From Folioceros fuciformis (taxonomy: Eukaryota): a DNA stretch of 64,000 nucleotides. Shown piece by piece: positions 39,529 to 50,580 of this stretch (position 1 is the first letter of the stretch; the number at the start of each line of letters is the position of its first letter). Location of the stretch: contig JBNGIO010006406.1 in NCBI GenBank assembly GCA_049999805.1, forward strand, positions 161,129-225,128, given 5' to 3'. Position numbers and translations under genes: made by a program. Under the pieces are notes generated by a model. It made no database searches. It was not told the DNA's origin and worked only from the letters and a program-made list of their open reading frames with translations.

Positions 39529-40684
39529 AATCCGTGTGCAGGCCGCAGTGACCTGCTCGGTCTGCTGTCACAGGTAGTTCTTAGCCAGCGAAATCACGCG
39601 TAATGCAGTGATTGTGTACCATGTATTTGTAAGCCATCCGTAGTCTGAATTGCTTAGAATTTTGACCGTCCTCCCTGCTTTAGCTTGGGTAATGTAACGT
39701 GGAGTAACATGTACGCAACCACCTCCCCCCATGCAGCATGCTCCTCTTCACAAGGATCCTTCCCAAAGATACATACTTACATACCGTACCTTGGGATTCC
39801 GGCAAGCTCCCCGGAACCTCATCCGCTAGCCCGGCTGCGGGGCCCAAGGCCCAAAACAGATCTGGCATTGCACTGTCTGGTCCTCATCCTGATCGCCCCT
39901 CAGATCCCAGATTCTTGGACGCCGCATCCTTCAGTTCCTTGTGGTAAACAATTAGCTTGGCTATCTTTAGCTTCAGACCACCGAGACGGCGTAATTAGAC
40001 GGTCTATATATATGTGTACGTATATGTCAGCGTGTGCAAGTGGCTGCGACGTAATTTCGATGGTCTACATATGTGTATGTATATGTCAGCGTGTGCAAGT
40101 GGCTGTCGAGGGTAATCTTGACTTTGAAGGGTATAGAGGCTGCGAGGGCAATTTCGCAGCAGTGGAGTATCTCGGAGCAGGCGGAGTGCGTCCCACCTGT
40201 TACACCAGCTGCAGAAATTACAGTACATGTATATGTGAATGTGAATACGGCAGATCTGAACGCAGCCGGCAAGGTATCCTCATCACCCAGTCCGGTCGTC
40301 TGGATCTTGCGTCCAACATTGTTGACCCAGTCCCTGTCCCAGGCTCGTGACCCATTGGTCTGCGTCCAGGCTACATCTGGGTATGTCGGAAACTGCTGTC
40401 GCCGCTCTCTTTCTGCCTTTGCCTTTGCCTTCGCTTTTGCCTTTGACTTGCTTTTCCTTTCTGGACGAGACTGCTGTGACAGTCTCTCCCGCATCTTGAC
40501 GTATGCACGTGCATGCTTGGTTCTGGGCCTGCAAGTTGTGAGGATGCTGCGTGGAGCTCGCTTGCAACCGACGGCGTCCAGAACCGCATCACCGCGCTAG
40601 CGCCAATTCGCTTCCCATGCTAAGCTATTGTGGCCTCTGTTTGATGCAGCGCTCCGACGACACTCACAGTGGCGCCAGCACAAC

Positions 40685-43600
40685 ATGACAACAAAGTCCA
40701 TGGGCTCCCGCCTCCCCAAACGGGCTGCCACACCGCCCTGTTTCCTCCCTGGGCCGGCGAGCTTGCCCGTCCTCTTCGCTATCTTCACCGCTGTGTCGGC
40801 CGTCATCGACCCGCTGGACCTGGCGGCTCTCACCCAGGTCGTACAGGATCTCAATGTTCCCAAAGGCACCCGGTGGGCGCCCGGTTCCGATCCCTGCACC
40901 ACCTGGGCCACACACGCAACTTGTGATGAAACGCAGACGCGTGTCACGAAGCTTGCTCTCAACAGCTTGGGCCTCACTGGTGTCGTGTCTCCGGCCCTGG
41001 GAAATCTCACCCAGCTCACCGTCATCAATTTCAGCAACAACCTTCTTCACGGTTACATTCCGGAGTCCATCGGATTGCTCACCAATCTCACCTTCTTGGT
41101 TTTGGGCCTTAACAACCTCACGGGGCCCATACCGGACTCCATCGGGTACATGACGGCATTGACTAGCTTGTTTCTGGACAACAACTTCCTGTCCGGGAGT
41201 ATTCCAGCGTCAATTGGCAACTTGACGAAACTCACCGAATTGCACTTGTACTGCAACCATCTGGAGGGTGCGATACCACCTGAGCTAGGAGCTTTGGCAC
41301 AGCTTCAAGATTTCCAGCTGCATTCCAACAAGCTGGCCGGCCAGATTCCCGCAACGTTCGCCAAGTTGACCAAGGTGACGGCAGTCAGGCTAAACAACAA
41401 CCAGCTTTCAGGTACATCTAACAGTTGGCCAGGACAGTGGGTCTACTGTCACAAATTTGATCAACTTCTTCCAGCACTGCTCACGAGGTTTTTTTCTTTG
41501 TCCACATGGCATTGCTTGCTCCCTCACATGTATCCTCCTGATGACAGGTCCTCTCGACCTTCCCCTCCTGCAATCTTGGGGCTCCAGCCTTACGCTCCTG
41601 CACCTTCACCGCAACTCGTTCTCGGGGAGCATCCCGGCTCTGGACCAGACCACCTTTCCTGTCTTGAAGAACCTCAACCTTGGCTTCAATAACCTTACCG
41701 GCCAACTTCCGGAGTCCTTTGGCTTTATGGCGTCACTCTCCTCCCTCTTCGTGGGCCACAATTTTCTGGAGGGCCCTGTCCCTGGAAGCTTCACGCATTT
41801 GGAGGACTTGCAATTTCTTGACCTGTCACACAATGCGCTGAATGGAAGCTTGCTGAACCTTACAGGCATCGGATTGCTGCAGACACCACAGTTTGACCTT
41901 ACATTCAACAATTTCAATGCAGTCGACATCCCAAGCGTTCTTGTGCAGGAGAATAACACTCTATACAATTGCCTCGACTCAGTAGCTGCTCCTCCACCTT
42001 TCGCAGCTCTTGCTCCTTCCCCTCACCTCGGAGGATTCCCTGCGGAATCAGCAGCTGTGTCCCGACCCCTCCCTTCCCCCCCTCCAGCTTATTCAGTCTT
42101 GCAGTGTGTTCGCTACTTGCCAGGAGGAACCACGGAATTTGCAGTGAATGCAGGAAGCGTCCAGGAGGTTTCCAATACCAATCACCAAGTGTTCACCCCA
42201 GACAATCTCTTGGACAAGATCACCACAGGGACCGAAGTTGAGAGTTCAGGACAGTGGGCTGTACAAATGTCAGGGGAACAAGGAGGGACGTATTCTAACC
42301 CTGTGCGAGTGTCCCAGACTGCCGACAACCAAGCCCTGTATCAATCTATGCGCTGGTCGTCCCAGTACCTTGCCTACATTGCCAGGAACATGAGGATTGG
42401 CATCTTCCGTGTCAAGCTCCACTTTGCAGAGATCGCTTTCAATTATCCTGGGTATCGGGTCTTTGATGTGGTGGTTCAAGGGAAGATGATCAACGCATCA
42501 CTGGACGTTGTTGCCGTTGCTGGTCCCAAAGCAGCCTATGTGATTGACTTGCAAGACGTAAGTAATCTGCCAACTGATTTGCAAATCCAAAAACTCGTGC
42601 TTAGCTTTTCTTTCATGTCTCTGGCCGCTCGCATGACCTTGCATTAATGAACTGGAAGTACTTGTGATCCAACCAGGTCGCGGTGGAGGATGGACTCCTC
42701 CGCATCGAGCTAATTCACGTATCTCCTATCAACCGCTATATCGACCCTATCTTTGGCGTCCAAGACACAGGGCCAATGTTATCAGCTTTCAGCGTGCAGC
42801 CTGTTAGCCTGGATTTAATCCCACCTCCAACCATAGTTCCAGGTGGCCCGGACATCCCAAACCCGCAGAATTCTCCAGGAAAAGGGTCAAAAAAGAGCAC
42901 CCCTTCGATCGTGCTATCAGTTCTAGGTTCTCTTGTGGTAGCGCTGGGCTGCACGCTCATTGCCTACTTCTGCTTCTTCAAAGGACGAAAGGATTCAGAA
43001 TCACTACCCGGAACAGCTGCTGGAAGAGTTCACAATGAAATGCGCACAGCCGGGAGGAGTTCATCAATAACTCAGGTTGGATCGTAAGCCTTAAGGTGTG
43101 TCTTGACTGATTTGTGAGATGAGCTGATCTTGCTGGTGTCTTCTGTTTGTGTTACATGTCGTCTCTAAATTACAATTCATATCTTCAATTAATCTATAGC
43201 ATGAAATGATCCTAGCCATCCTATACCAAGTCAATGACAATCCTTGTTAGATACAGCATCAGATGTGTGGCAGACTTTTCGTCTAATCTTGCAGTCAAGC
43301 TGTGTCCTGACTGACAACTGGTAACCGTTACCATTTCTACATCATATCACAGGTGTCTGCAGGGACCACCAAGGTTCAGGACCTTAAACTCAGTATTCCA
43401 GGGGAAGGTTGGCCTGTAGAAACATCACGCAAAACTTTGCCGCTGGCCACTGAAGTGGTGGCTTCTGAGCTCTTGGCTTCTCTAAGGGAAGCATTGGCTC
43501 AGCAGCAACAGCAGCTCGATGGCTTGAGGCAAGAAAATGCACTGCAAGCTGCTCAGATAACTTCTCTGGAACGCGCTATATGTCGCTCCAGTTCTAGAGG

Positions 43601-45239
43601 CCTCTCCAGATCTCCAGCGGTCGATTCAGAAATTCGGCTTGAACCTAATTGACTTGGGTAGCCTACATTGACACCGTGTCTTTTGGTGGGTGCATAACTT
43701 CCAGGGGGTCGGTCATTCTTATAGAGCCGTCCCGATTATCTATCTCTATCAGAATTAGGAAGTGAACTGAGCTTGTGATTTCCTAGCGCTGAATCATCTC
43801 TGCCATTTTTGAGAAGTCCAACTGTGAGAAATTCCTCTGACCTCCCCGTTTCGCAGTCGAGTGGAGAGTCCTCCCTTCTTTGCGACCTAGGCTGATGACT
43901 CTTCCAGCAGTTGTACATCGGTCAGACTGTGGTAACGGTGCAGCACTTGTGACGTTTCTATGCCAGGGATCCAGCCCTCCCCATGAACTGTCAGAGATTG
44001 GCCCAACATTTTATACCTACGACGAACTCTTTGTTGCTACAGACGGGTTCTCGAAAGCAAACGCGCTGGGACGTGGTGGGTTTGGGGCAGTCTACAAAGG
44101 GGTGTTTCCGGATGGATCGGTCGTGGCTGTTAAACAGCTAACAGCAGAGACTGAGCAGGGCAAAGAATCATTTCGAAAAGAGATTGCATTGATCTCCAGC
44201 GTTCACCATCGGTAGTGACCTAAACAACCTCCTCCTACAACTGTGTTGATGCTTGCCAACCACTAGGCATTTTACCGTGTTCTCCTCTTCTCTTCTCCAC
44301 CTTGTAGGAATCTTCTCGCCGTCAAGGGGTGCTGCTTCGAGGCTAAGCATCCTCTTCTGGTTTGCGAGTATATGCCCAATGGCAGCCTGGACCAACTGCT
44401 TCGTGGACAACATTCCCAGCCTTTGGATTGGCCGTCGAGACGAAATATAGCAGTCGGAGCAGCATGTGGGCTAGCCTACCTCCACGATGAATCCAAGTAC
44501 AGTATCATTCACTGTGACGTGAAACCTGCTAACATTCTGCTGGACAAGGACTTCAACGCCCGGATAGCAGATTTCGGTCTTGCCAGACTGTACGATGATG
44601 GCAACACCCATATCACCGCCAGCAGGGTCCAAGGCACCTTGGGGTACCTTGCTCCAGGTAAACCTTTTTACAGGCTTGCTGCTGCATACTCTGTAAACAT
44701 ACTGACTGCCCAGTTGCAAACTTTCTAACGTTGCGACATGACAACAACCAGAGTACGCCCTCCACCACCAACTCTCAGACAAGGTAGATGTATACTCGTT
44801 TGGCATCGTGCTCCTGCAGCTTGTGAGTGGAAGACGCACATTGGACCCGGACTTGCCCCCGAAGGAAATCGTTCTGGTGGAGTGGGCTCACCACCTGGGC
44901 CAAGAGGGCTCCTCCGCCCTGCAGCAACTGGTGGATCCGCGGCTCAGCCTCCACTCCCCTGAAGAGAAGGAAGTACTCGACATGGCCATCATTGCAAACT
45001 GGTGTACCCAACGTGCATCCAGCGTGCGGCCCAAGATGCGGACTGTATGGCTCATGCTCAACGGCACCATTGACATCCCAGAGCTCCCCAAGAACACTCA
45101 ATCTAAAGGCTCATTCGGCTATCCCATATTGTCGGACAGGTCCAACACCAACAGCTCATCTCCCAGCTCCGGATCAGTCTCCCAGTTTGCAGAACATCAG
45201 GAGTCGCAAATGGCCAACCTCATCCCCAGAGGTACCTAG
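40685..45239 (+). CDS. LRR-malectin receptor-like kinase (non-RD, HCD); exons about 40685-41411, 41548-42557, 42677-43075, 43967-44211, 44308-44657, 44752-45239
   Basis: Signal peptide, LRRNT (W...DPCTTW...C), plant LRRs (LxxNxLxGxIP), a Pro-rich linker, malectin (AVNAG...LYQSMR...VKLHFAEI...RVFDVVVQG...LRIEL...PMLSAFSV), TM IVLSVLGSLVVALGCTLIAYFCFF, and kinase motifs GRGGFG/VAVK/HCDVKPANILL/DFG/GTLGYLAPEY. Confidence 0.92.
43353..43652 (+). CDS. Candidate alternative terminal exon of the receptor kinase, encoding a coiled coil
   Basis: Acceptor cacag|GTG is in phase 0 with the TM-exon donor at 43075. It is followed by 99 open codons including LLASLREALAQQQQQLDGLRQENALQAAQITSLERAI, then TGA. 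Confidence 0.5.
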   Translation: MSAGTTKVQDLKLSIPGEGWPVETSRKTLPLATEVVASELLASLREALAQQQQQLDGLRQENALQAAQITSLERAICRSSSRGLSRSPAVDSEIRLEPN

Positions 45240-45761
45240 GCGCAGCTATCTCGCCGGTCACCTTCTCCGTCTTACATCCTACATTTCCCTACAGGCACAT
45301 CAGCACAACATTTTTTGCGAGGCCAATGTTGCACAAGGGAGGAGGTCAAATTCGCTTTCAGGGCCTGCTTAAGGTAGTGTTGGGAGTACGAATTCTGCTT
45401 CGCTTTCGGGGCCTTGGTACGGTGGTGTACAAGACTTGCGATTCCCATTGGCGTCGTAACTGACGAATCAAAGTTTGACCAGCCGAACTTGGATCAGTCA
45501 AGCCTTCAAGCTCTCCCCAATGAGCTCTAATCCTTGGGCCTGAACAAGAAGGGTCAACAGCGCAAAGTTTACACATGTGTTGTCGCAGTCGCAAGAAATG
45601 GCTATGGAGACTTAATCTTGACTACTTTCTCCTTTTTTTCCGCATATGATAATACCCATCTCCGTTTCTGTCGGTAGCTGTTTCTTCAGCGCCTCACGCG
45701 CCTCAAAAAATGGCCATGGCACCGAGTTTGGTGTCTTTAACTGAGACGGTCTCGAGGGTGC

Positions 45762-47228
45762 TCAAAAAACCGGAGAATTAACAACCGTTTCCAGTTCTCT
45801 CGTTTCCGTGTCTGCGGCAGGAGCAGTGGGAACCTTGGGCTGTAAGTCGATGAATTCGTTGGACTTGCGTGCAAGATGGGCTATGCTCACTCTTCCCGTT
45901 CTCTTGATGTAGTCAGCAACAGCTTGCATCTCCTCTGGAGAAATGTAAATGAATTTTCCTCTATCATCCATCACTCCTGATAGTCTCCCTGTGAAGTGAA
46001 ATAGCAGCCGTCAGTGCTCATATCTGTGTATGGCAATGTCATTTCTTTTTCTTTGAAACTCCGGGCAACAAAAGACATGACTCACCTATTTGCTCCAGTT
46101 CTTGGATCCGGTTGATGCAATCCTGAGACTTCATCTTAAACTCCCCAGCTAAGTCTTCTATGCCGACACATTTCTGCTCCTGTACATATACAAAAACAAG
46201 TCAACTTGCATGGCAACTTGTCCTGCCATACTTTAAGAATCATCAGGGCATGACAGCATTCCCATACCTTGATAAACTCCACGAAATCGTTTAAAAGACT
46301 TTGTGTCTCAGCTTCTTCCGCCGCTAGGGTACCTTCATTTTCTACAGAGAACGCCCCCTTCCACTTCTCAAACTCCTCATTGGCTGCTGCTTCCTCTTTT
46401 TCTTTCTGCAGTCGAGCCGCTTCTTCCTGTTCCACACAACTGGTAAGCAACAAACGCAGAACTGCTTTCGCAAGCACCATCTTGCACAAGGAAATGTATC
46501 CATACCTTACGCTGCTCTTCGGCTTCCCTCTCCAAATCTTTTTTTCGTCGCATCTCTGCATAGTGGTCTGCTTTCTCCTGCCTGCTCTCTCTAGCCAAAG
46601 CTTCTGCCTGCATCAGGAAAGAGAGCTCAGGATCCGGACTGCAGCCGAATTCTGGACCCCATGCCCAGATGCAAAGCTCTCGTACACCGAAATCCTCACC
46701 TGCCTCCTGGCCGCGTTTTCTTGCTTCTTGGCATCCTTCTTCCTAGCGTTTTTCGCCACGTAATATCCACCATCCCCTTGCCCCTGCTCTTCTTCTTCCT
46801 CAGCCTCTCCACTTCCTTCACCTGCAAGTAGACCAACGGGCTTAGGGTAGACTACACACAAACAGCTCCACAACAACCTCTCGGCAAGAGAACAGCATCT
46901 ACACCAGAAGTAGAAGCCGCGGCTGCTGCTGCTGCCGTCGCTCCTGGTCTCCTTCGCATCCGCTGCGTGCCCCTGGTTGCTGGCCCCCGTGCAACAGCAG
47001 GACCGGGAGCGCCATCCACCCTCTCCGCATCCTGTGCAGTGCATCCCGCAAACAGTCACCACCTTGCTCCACGAAAATGCTTCCTCATACTTCTCTCACA
47101 TCTCCATCCACAAATACCTCGTCAGAACCAGGGACGTCAACGGTACTAGGATGAGATTGGCCGCGCCATCTCCTCACGCCAAGCACCAGCAGCACCACGA
47201 ACAACACCAACCCAACTAAAGGAAGCAT
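45762..47228 (-). CDS. DDRGK1: DDRGK domain-containing protein 1 (UFBP1, ER UFMylation adaptor), 7 exons
   Basis: N-terminal TM anchor [18 protein letters not shown]; a charged helix; [63 protein letters not shown]. Confidence 0.95.
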
Positions 47229-47649
47229 GGTTTTCCAGCAATGGAAAGGAGGAGCGCAATGCCAATTCCTGATCCCGATGGTGAGTTTTCCTGTAGCCAC
47301 TCGGTTTCGAGGCACGGTCGATCAAGTTACGGATATACCATGTTCATAGAAGCTTTCCTTGCAACTCCGATGGTAATGTCACAGCTAGTCTTCTGCCAAC
47401 ACCACTGCCAGCCGGCGCGGAACGCGAATTTAAACTTGTGGTCTGTGCAGTCCGAGTGTTGTTTAGATTCGCAAAACAGAAGAAATTCCGAGAAATTACA
47501 CGAGGCATCGTCTGCTTGCATCTCGGGGTCGCCCGGCGGGACCCGCGTTCTTGACCTTCCACGCAACATTGGCCTCGCAAAATCAGTTGTCCTGATGTGT
47601 GCGTGTAGGGAATTGTAGGATGTAGGATGGGCAGGTGGCGGGCGACACC

Positions 47650-48330
47650 AGAATGCCAGGTATTAGGCAGTGGTATGGGTTGTGGAGGTGAAAAGGGGAG
47701 GCAGTGGTGTTGGAGCTGATCTGAGGCAGGTCGGTTCTCCTGCCCATTGAGAAATCCGGTATGGGCTGGACAGAGCTGTCCGATAGTATGGGCTTCACGA
47801 CGACCCCATTATATCGTGCCGGAGCTCTGGGATATCGATGTGGTGGACATGTTCAGTACTTCCTTCTCTTCAGGGAACTGGAGGCTGAGCCTCGGATCTA
47901 ACAATAGAAGGGAGGAATCCTTTTGGCTTAGTTTCTGAGCCCACTCCACCAGGTCGACTTTCTTCGAGGGAAAGTCCTGGTTCACTACGCCTCTTCCACT
48001 CACAAGCTCCAGGAGGACGATGCCGAAGGAGCGTACTCTGCTTTGGTCATGTCGGAAAGTTTCAAGGATGTCAACTGGACAGTCAGTGTGTTTACATAGT
48101 ATGCAGCAGCGAGCCTGTGAAGGGTTTAGGGTGGAGCAAGATACCCCTTATGGCCCCGTGGTGATATGGGTGTTGGCCAACATCATCGTACAGGCTTGCA
48201 ACTCCAAAATCTGCTACCCGGGCATGGAAGTCCCTGATGTTGATAGGTTTCACGTCACAGTGAATCATACGTTTGAAGTACCGTATACGGTACTTGGATT
48301 CATCATGGAGGTAGACTAGTCCACTGGCAC
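47650..48330 (-). pseudogene. Degenerate inverted copy of the neighbouring receptor-kinase catalytic exons
   Basis: GLVYLHDESKY...IHCDVKPINI...ARVADFG and LLELVSGR...LVEWA...LDPRLSLQFPEEKEVL are near-identical to the 44.4-45.2 kb peptides but carry insertions, deletions and frameshifts. Confidence 0.85.
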
Positions 48331-49247
48331 TCCACGGAAACCTGTAGAGTACCTGTCTAGGGGATTTTCCGGCAAGAAATCCAGGCCTGCATTGTGCTTG
48401 CATTCTGTGCAGATTCAGGAGTCTGTCTCACCCAGACAATGCAGGAGAATTCAGACACGCTAGCTTTTACAGCATGAGTTTGTATGTGGAAGCGACCCAG
48501 ATTTTAAGTGGTAAGAGATCACCCCTTTCCCAGGAAGGCCGCTGACGACCATTTTCACTTGTCAGCCACAATACAAGTCTTGCCCGAAGAATCGTTTTCA
48601 CATTTGGTTGGAGGCACAATCTGGAGCTTCAAGTCGGGTGGTTGAGCCAAGTAGATCTGCCAGTTCGGATGAACAAATTCCCAGTTCTGCATATGTAACA
48701 CAACACGGAAATATTGTAAGAGGATCTGTGTGGCTGAATGTCGAGCGGGGAATTCGACAGGCCACGCTTCCACCTCTACGGAACGAAAGCTGTAGCGACA
48801 ACGGGAAGCCTCAGTCCAAGAAAGAGTGATGATAAACAGGCCCAACAAATTAGGGCAGCAGATTTTGACTAGCATTCATGGTAAGGAGGTGTATTACGGG
48901 AGCACAGACCGTGTTCACATTGTGCATCATTTTATTGTCATGGTCCACTTGTTTTTGTAGTTTTGTTTTCCCTTCGAGAGGTAAAGAGGGGCAAGTAGAT
49001 TGCTGGCCATAGAGAAGCTCCTTCTGGGGTGCATCTGATCCTTGTGGGAGAGGCTTTCTTGTGGCTCGCTCTCGGATCATTTCCAGTCTCATCTCAATCC
49101 TCATCAATTTGAGACTACGACTCTAAGAAGGCTGTGCAATCAAGTCGCATTGGGGCTTTTGGGCTTAAGTCTTACCCAGACTAGGTCACTATGTAGGTGG
49201 ACATAGAAAACGCCTTCAACACAATATCTAGGGCAGCTATTTGGGAT

Positions 49248-49282
49248 GGGCCCCCGTCAATTCCTTTGAGTTTCATTCTTGC
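49248..49282 (-). pseudogene. Plastid-type 16S rRNA fragment (35 nt)
   Basis: gggcccccgtcaattcctttgagtttcattcttgc is the reverse complement of the conserved 16S region targeted by 907R/926R-type primers. Confidence 0.85.
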
Positions 49283-49727
49283 TTTGCTATTTGAAGATAT
49301 CTCTTCTAATCACTCTTCTTTGTAATTTTCCTCTAAGAGGGGGAATAGATGAATTATTAAACTTTTTCCGCATCAGTTATCCTAGCACAGATATTTCTCC
49401 ACCTCGTGGGAACTACGAGATCGCTCCAAGGATGCCGAAAGCATGTGAAGGCCCCCAGCCGCATAGATAGTTCAATGATTCAATATTCCAAAATGGTATT
49501 TTTTTGATGAGAATAAAAAGATTCTAATCTTTTACGAGATTAATCCTTCTACATCCTTAAAAAACTCCTCATACATTATCTGAATGTAGGTAAGTGTATG
49601 TGACAAAGTGTAAGAAAATATAGTAAAATTTAGTCAATTAAACTTAAATAAGAAACTTAATCTTGCAGTATCAGTCAGCCATAACCCCCCGTTACACAAA
49701 ACAGAATTCATACTAGTTTTTTTATCA

Positions 49728-49756
49728 GCGGGTATAGTTTAGTGGTAAAAGTGTGA
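49728..49756 (+). pseudogene. trnG: Plastid trnG-UCC 5' exon plus first bases of its group II intron
   Basis: GCGGGTATAGTTTAGTGGTAAAA immediately followed by GTGTGA; no 3' exon is seen. Confidence 0.8.
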
Positions 49757-50189
49757 TCCTTTATTGCTTCGATGGCATGGCAAGTAGATCTAGTAAGCGT
49801 AAGAAATAATAATCACTACAATAGAAATATGGGAAAATGTAGGTAAATGTAGTGCGTAATAGCTCACTGATCAAGCGCTCTTGCGCCGAAAAGACCAAAC
49901 CCTTTGCGTGGGCCCGCCGTGCTTCTCTCGCAGCCGGCACCGAAACAGTTAAATAGCTTATGCTCCTAGAACAGAAGCCTTTTGAAGTGTGGATATGAAG
50001 TGTAGAGTTAACATAAGAGCGTTTTGTAAAACATAATGCTCAATAATGCTCATTGGGCTTCTTTCACCCTGCTTCATACCGTCATTGCTTCTTCTCTAAG
50101 AAAAGGAGTTTGACGAAATAGGAATAGATAAAATTGAAACAGACTGCCGGTGATAAGCAGGAGGAAGTGAGAGCGAAATGGGAGTAGCC

Positions 50190-50230
50190 TATCCAATAGG
50201 ATTCGAACCTACATCATAGGTTTAGAAGAC
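50190..50230 (-). pseudogene. trnR: 3' half of a plastid-type trnR-UCU
   Basis: The reverse complement gtcttctaaacctatgatgtaggttcgaatcctattggata shows a TCT anticodon loop and a GGTTCGAATCC T-arm; the 5' half is absent. Confidence 0.7.
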
Positions 50231-50536
50231 GAATTTTTTCCTAAAATTGGGGCAAGCCATAAGCCTTTGCTATTCCTTTATTAACCAATCAATCACTTAT
50301 TCTTATTCCGGTATGATATTCACATTCGAGTGCAATGCTCTGACCTCTGAGCTAAACAGGCTTGTCTTTTTTTTCTTGCAAAAAATGAAAATATTTTTTA
50401 TTGGATTTATTTTTATCAAAAAAGAAATAGGCCCCAAGTCAAAAAAGTTATTGCATGAGGTTTTAGTAGCATTGGGAGAGAAAGAAAGTAAGAGCTGAAA
50501 AGTGCGGTTGGATCACAATTTCTCAATTTCAACTTT

Positions 50537-50580
50537 TTGAAGGAAAAATGACTTTAAATCTTTGTGTAATGGCTCCTAAT
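50537..50580 (+). pseudogene. atpE: Plastid atpB end / atpE start fragment
   Basis: ...gaaggaaaaATGActttaaatctttgtgtaatggctcctaat translates as MTLNLCVMAPN, the recalled atpE N-terminus with an ATGA overlap. Confidence 0.65.

Noticed and set aside
39685-40600. Several 150-220 aa ORFs between PIEZO and the RLK
   Set aside because: They overlap on both strands, are driven by simple repeats (TA/TG, GCCTTT) and show no motifs; likely UTR or promoter.
15835-47228. A functional symbiosis gene cluster (CYCLOPS, PIEZO, malectin RLK)
   Set aside because: These genes are interspersed with unrelated housekeeping genes, and proximity in a compact plant genome is not evidence of co-function. The RLK has LRR-then-malectin order and is not SYMRK.
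49248-50230. Functional rRNA or tRNA genes
   Set aside because: Only partial fragments are present (35 nt of 16S, trnG exon 1, the 3' half of trnR); none can form a complete RNA.
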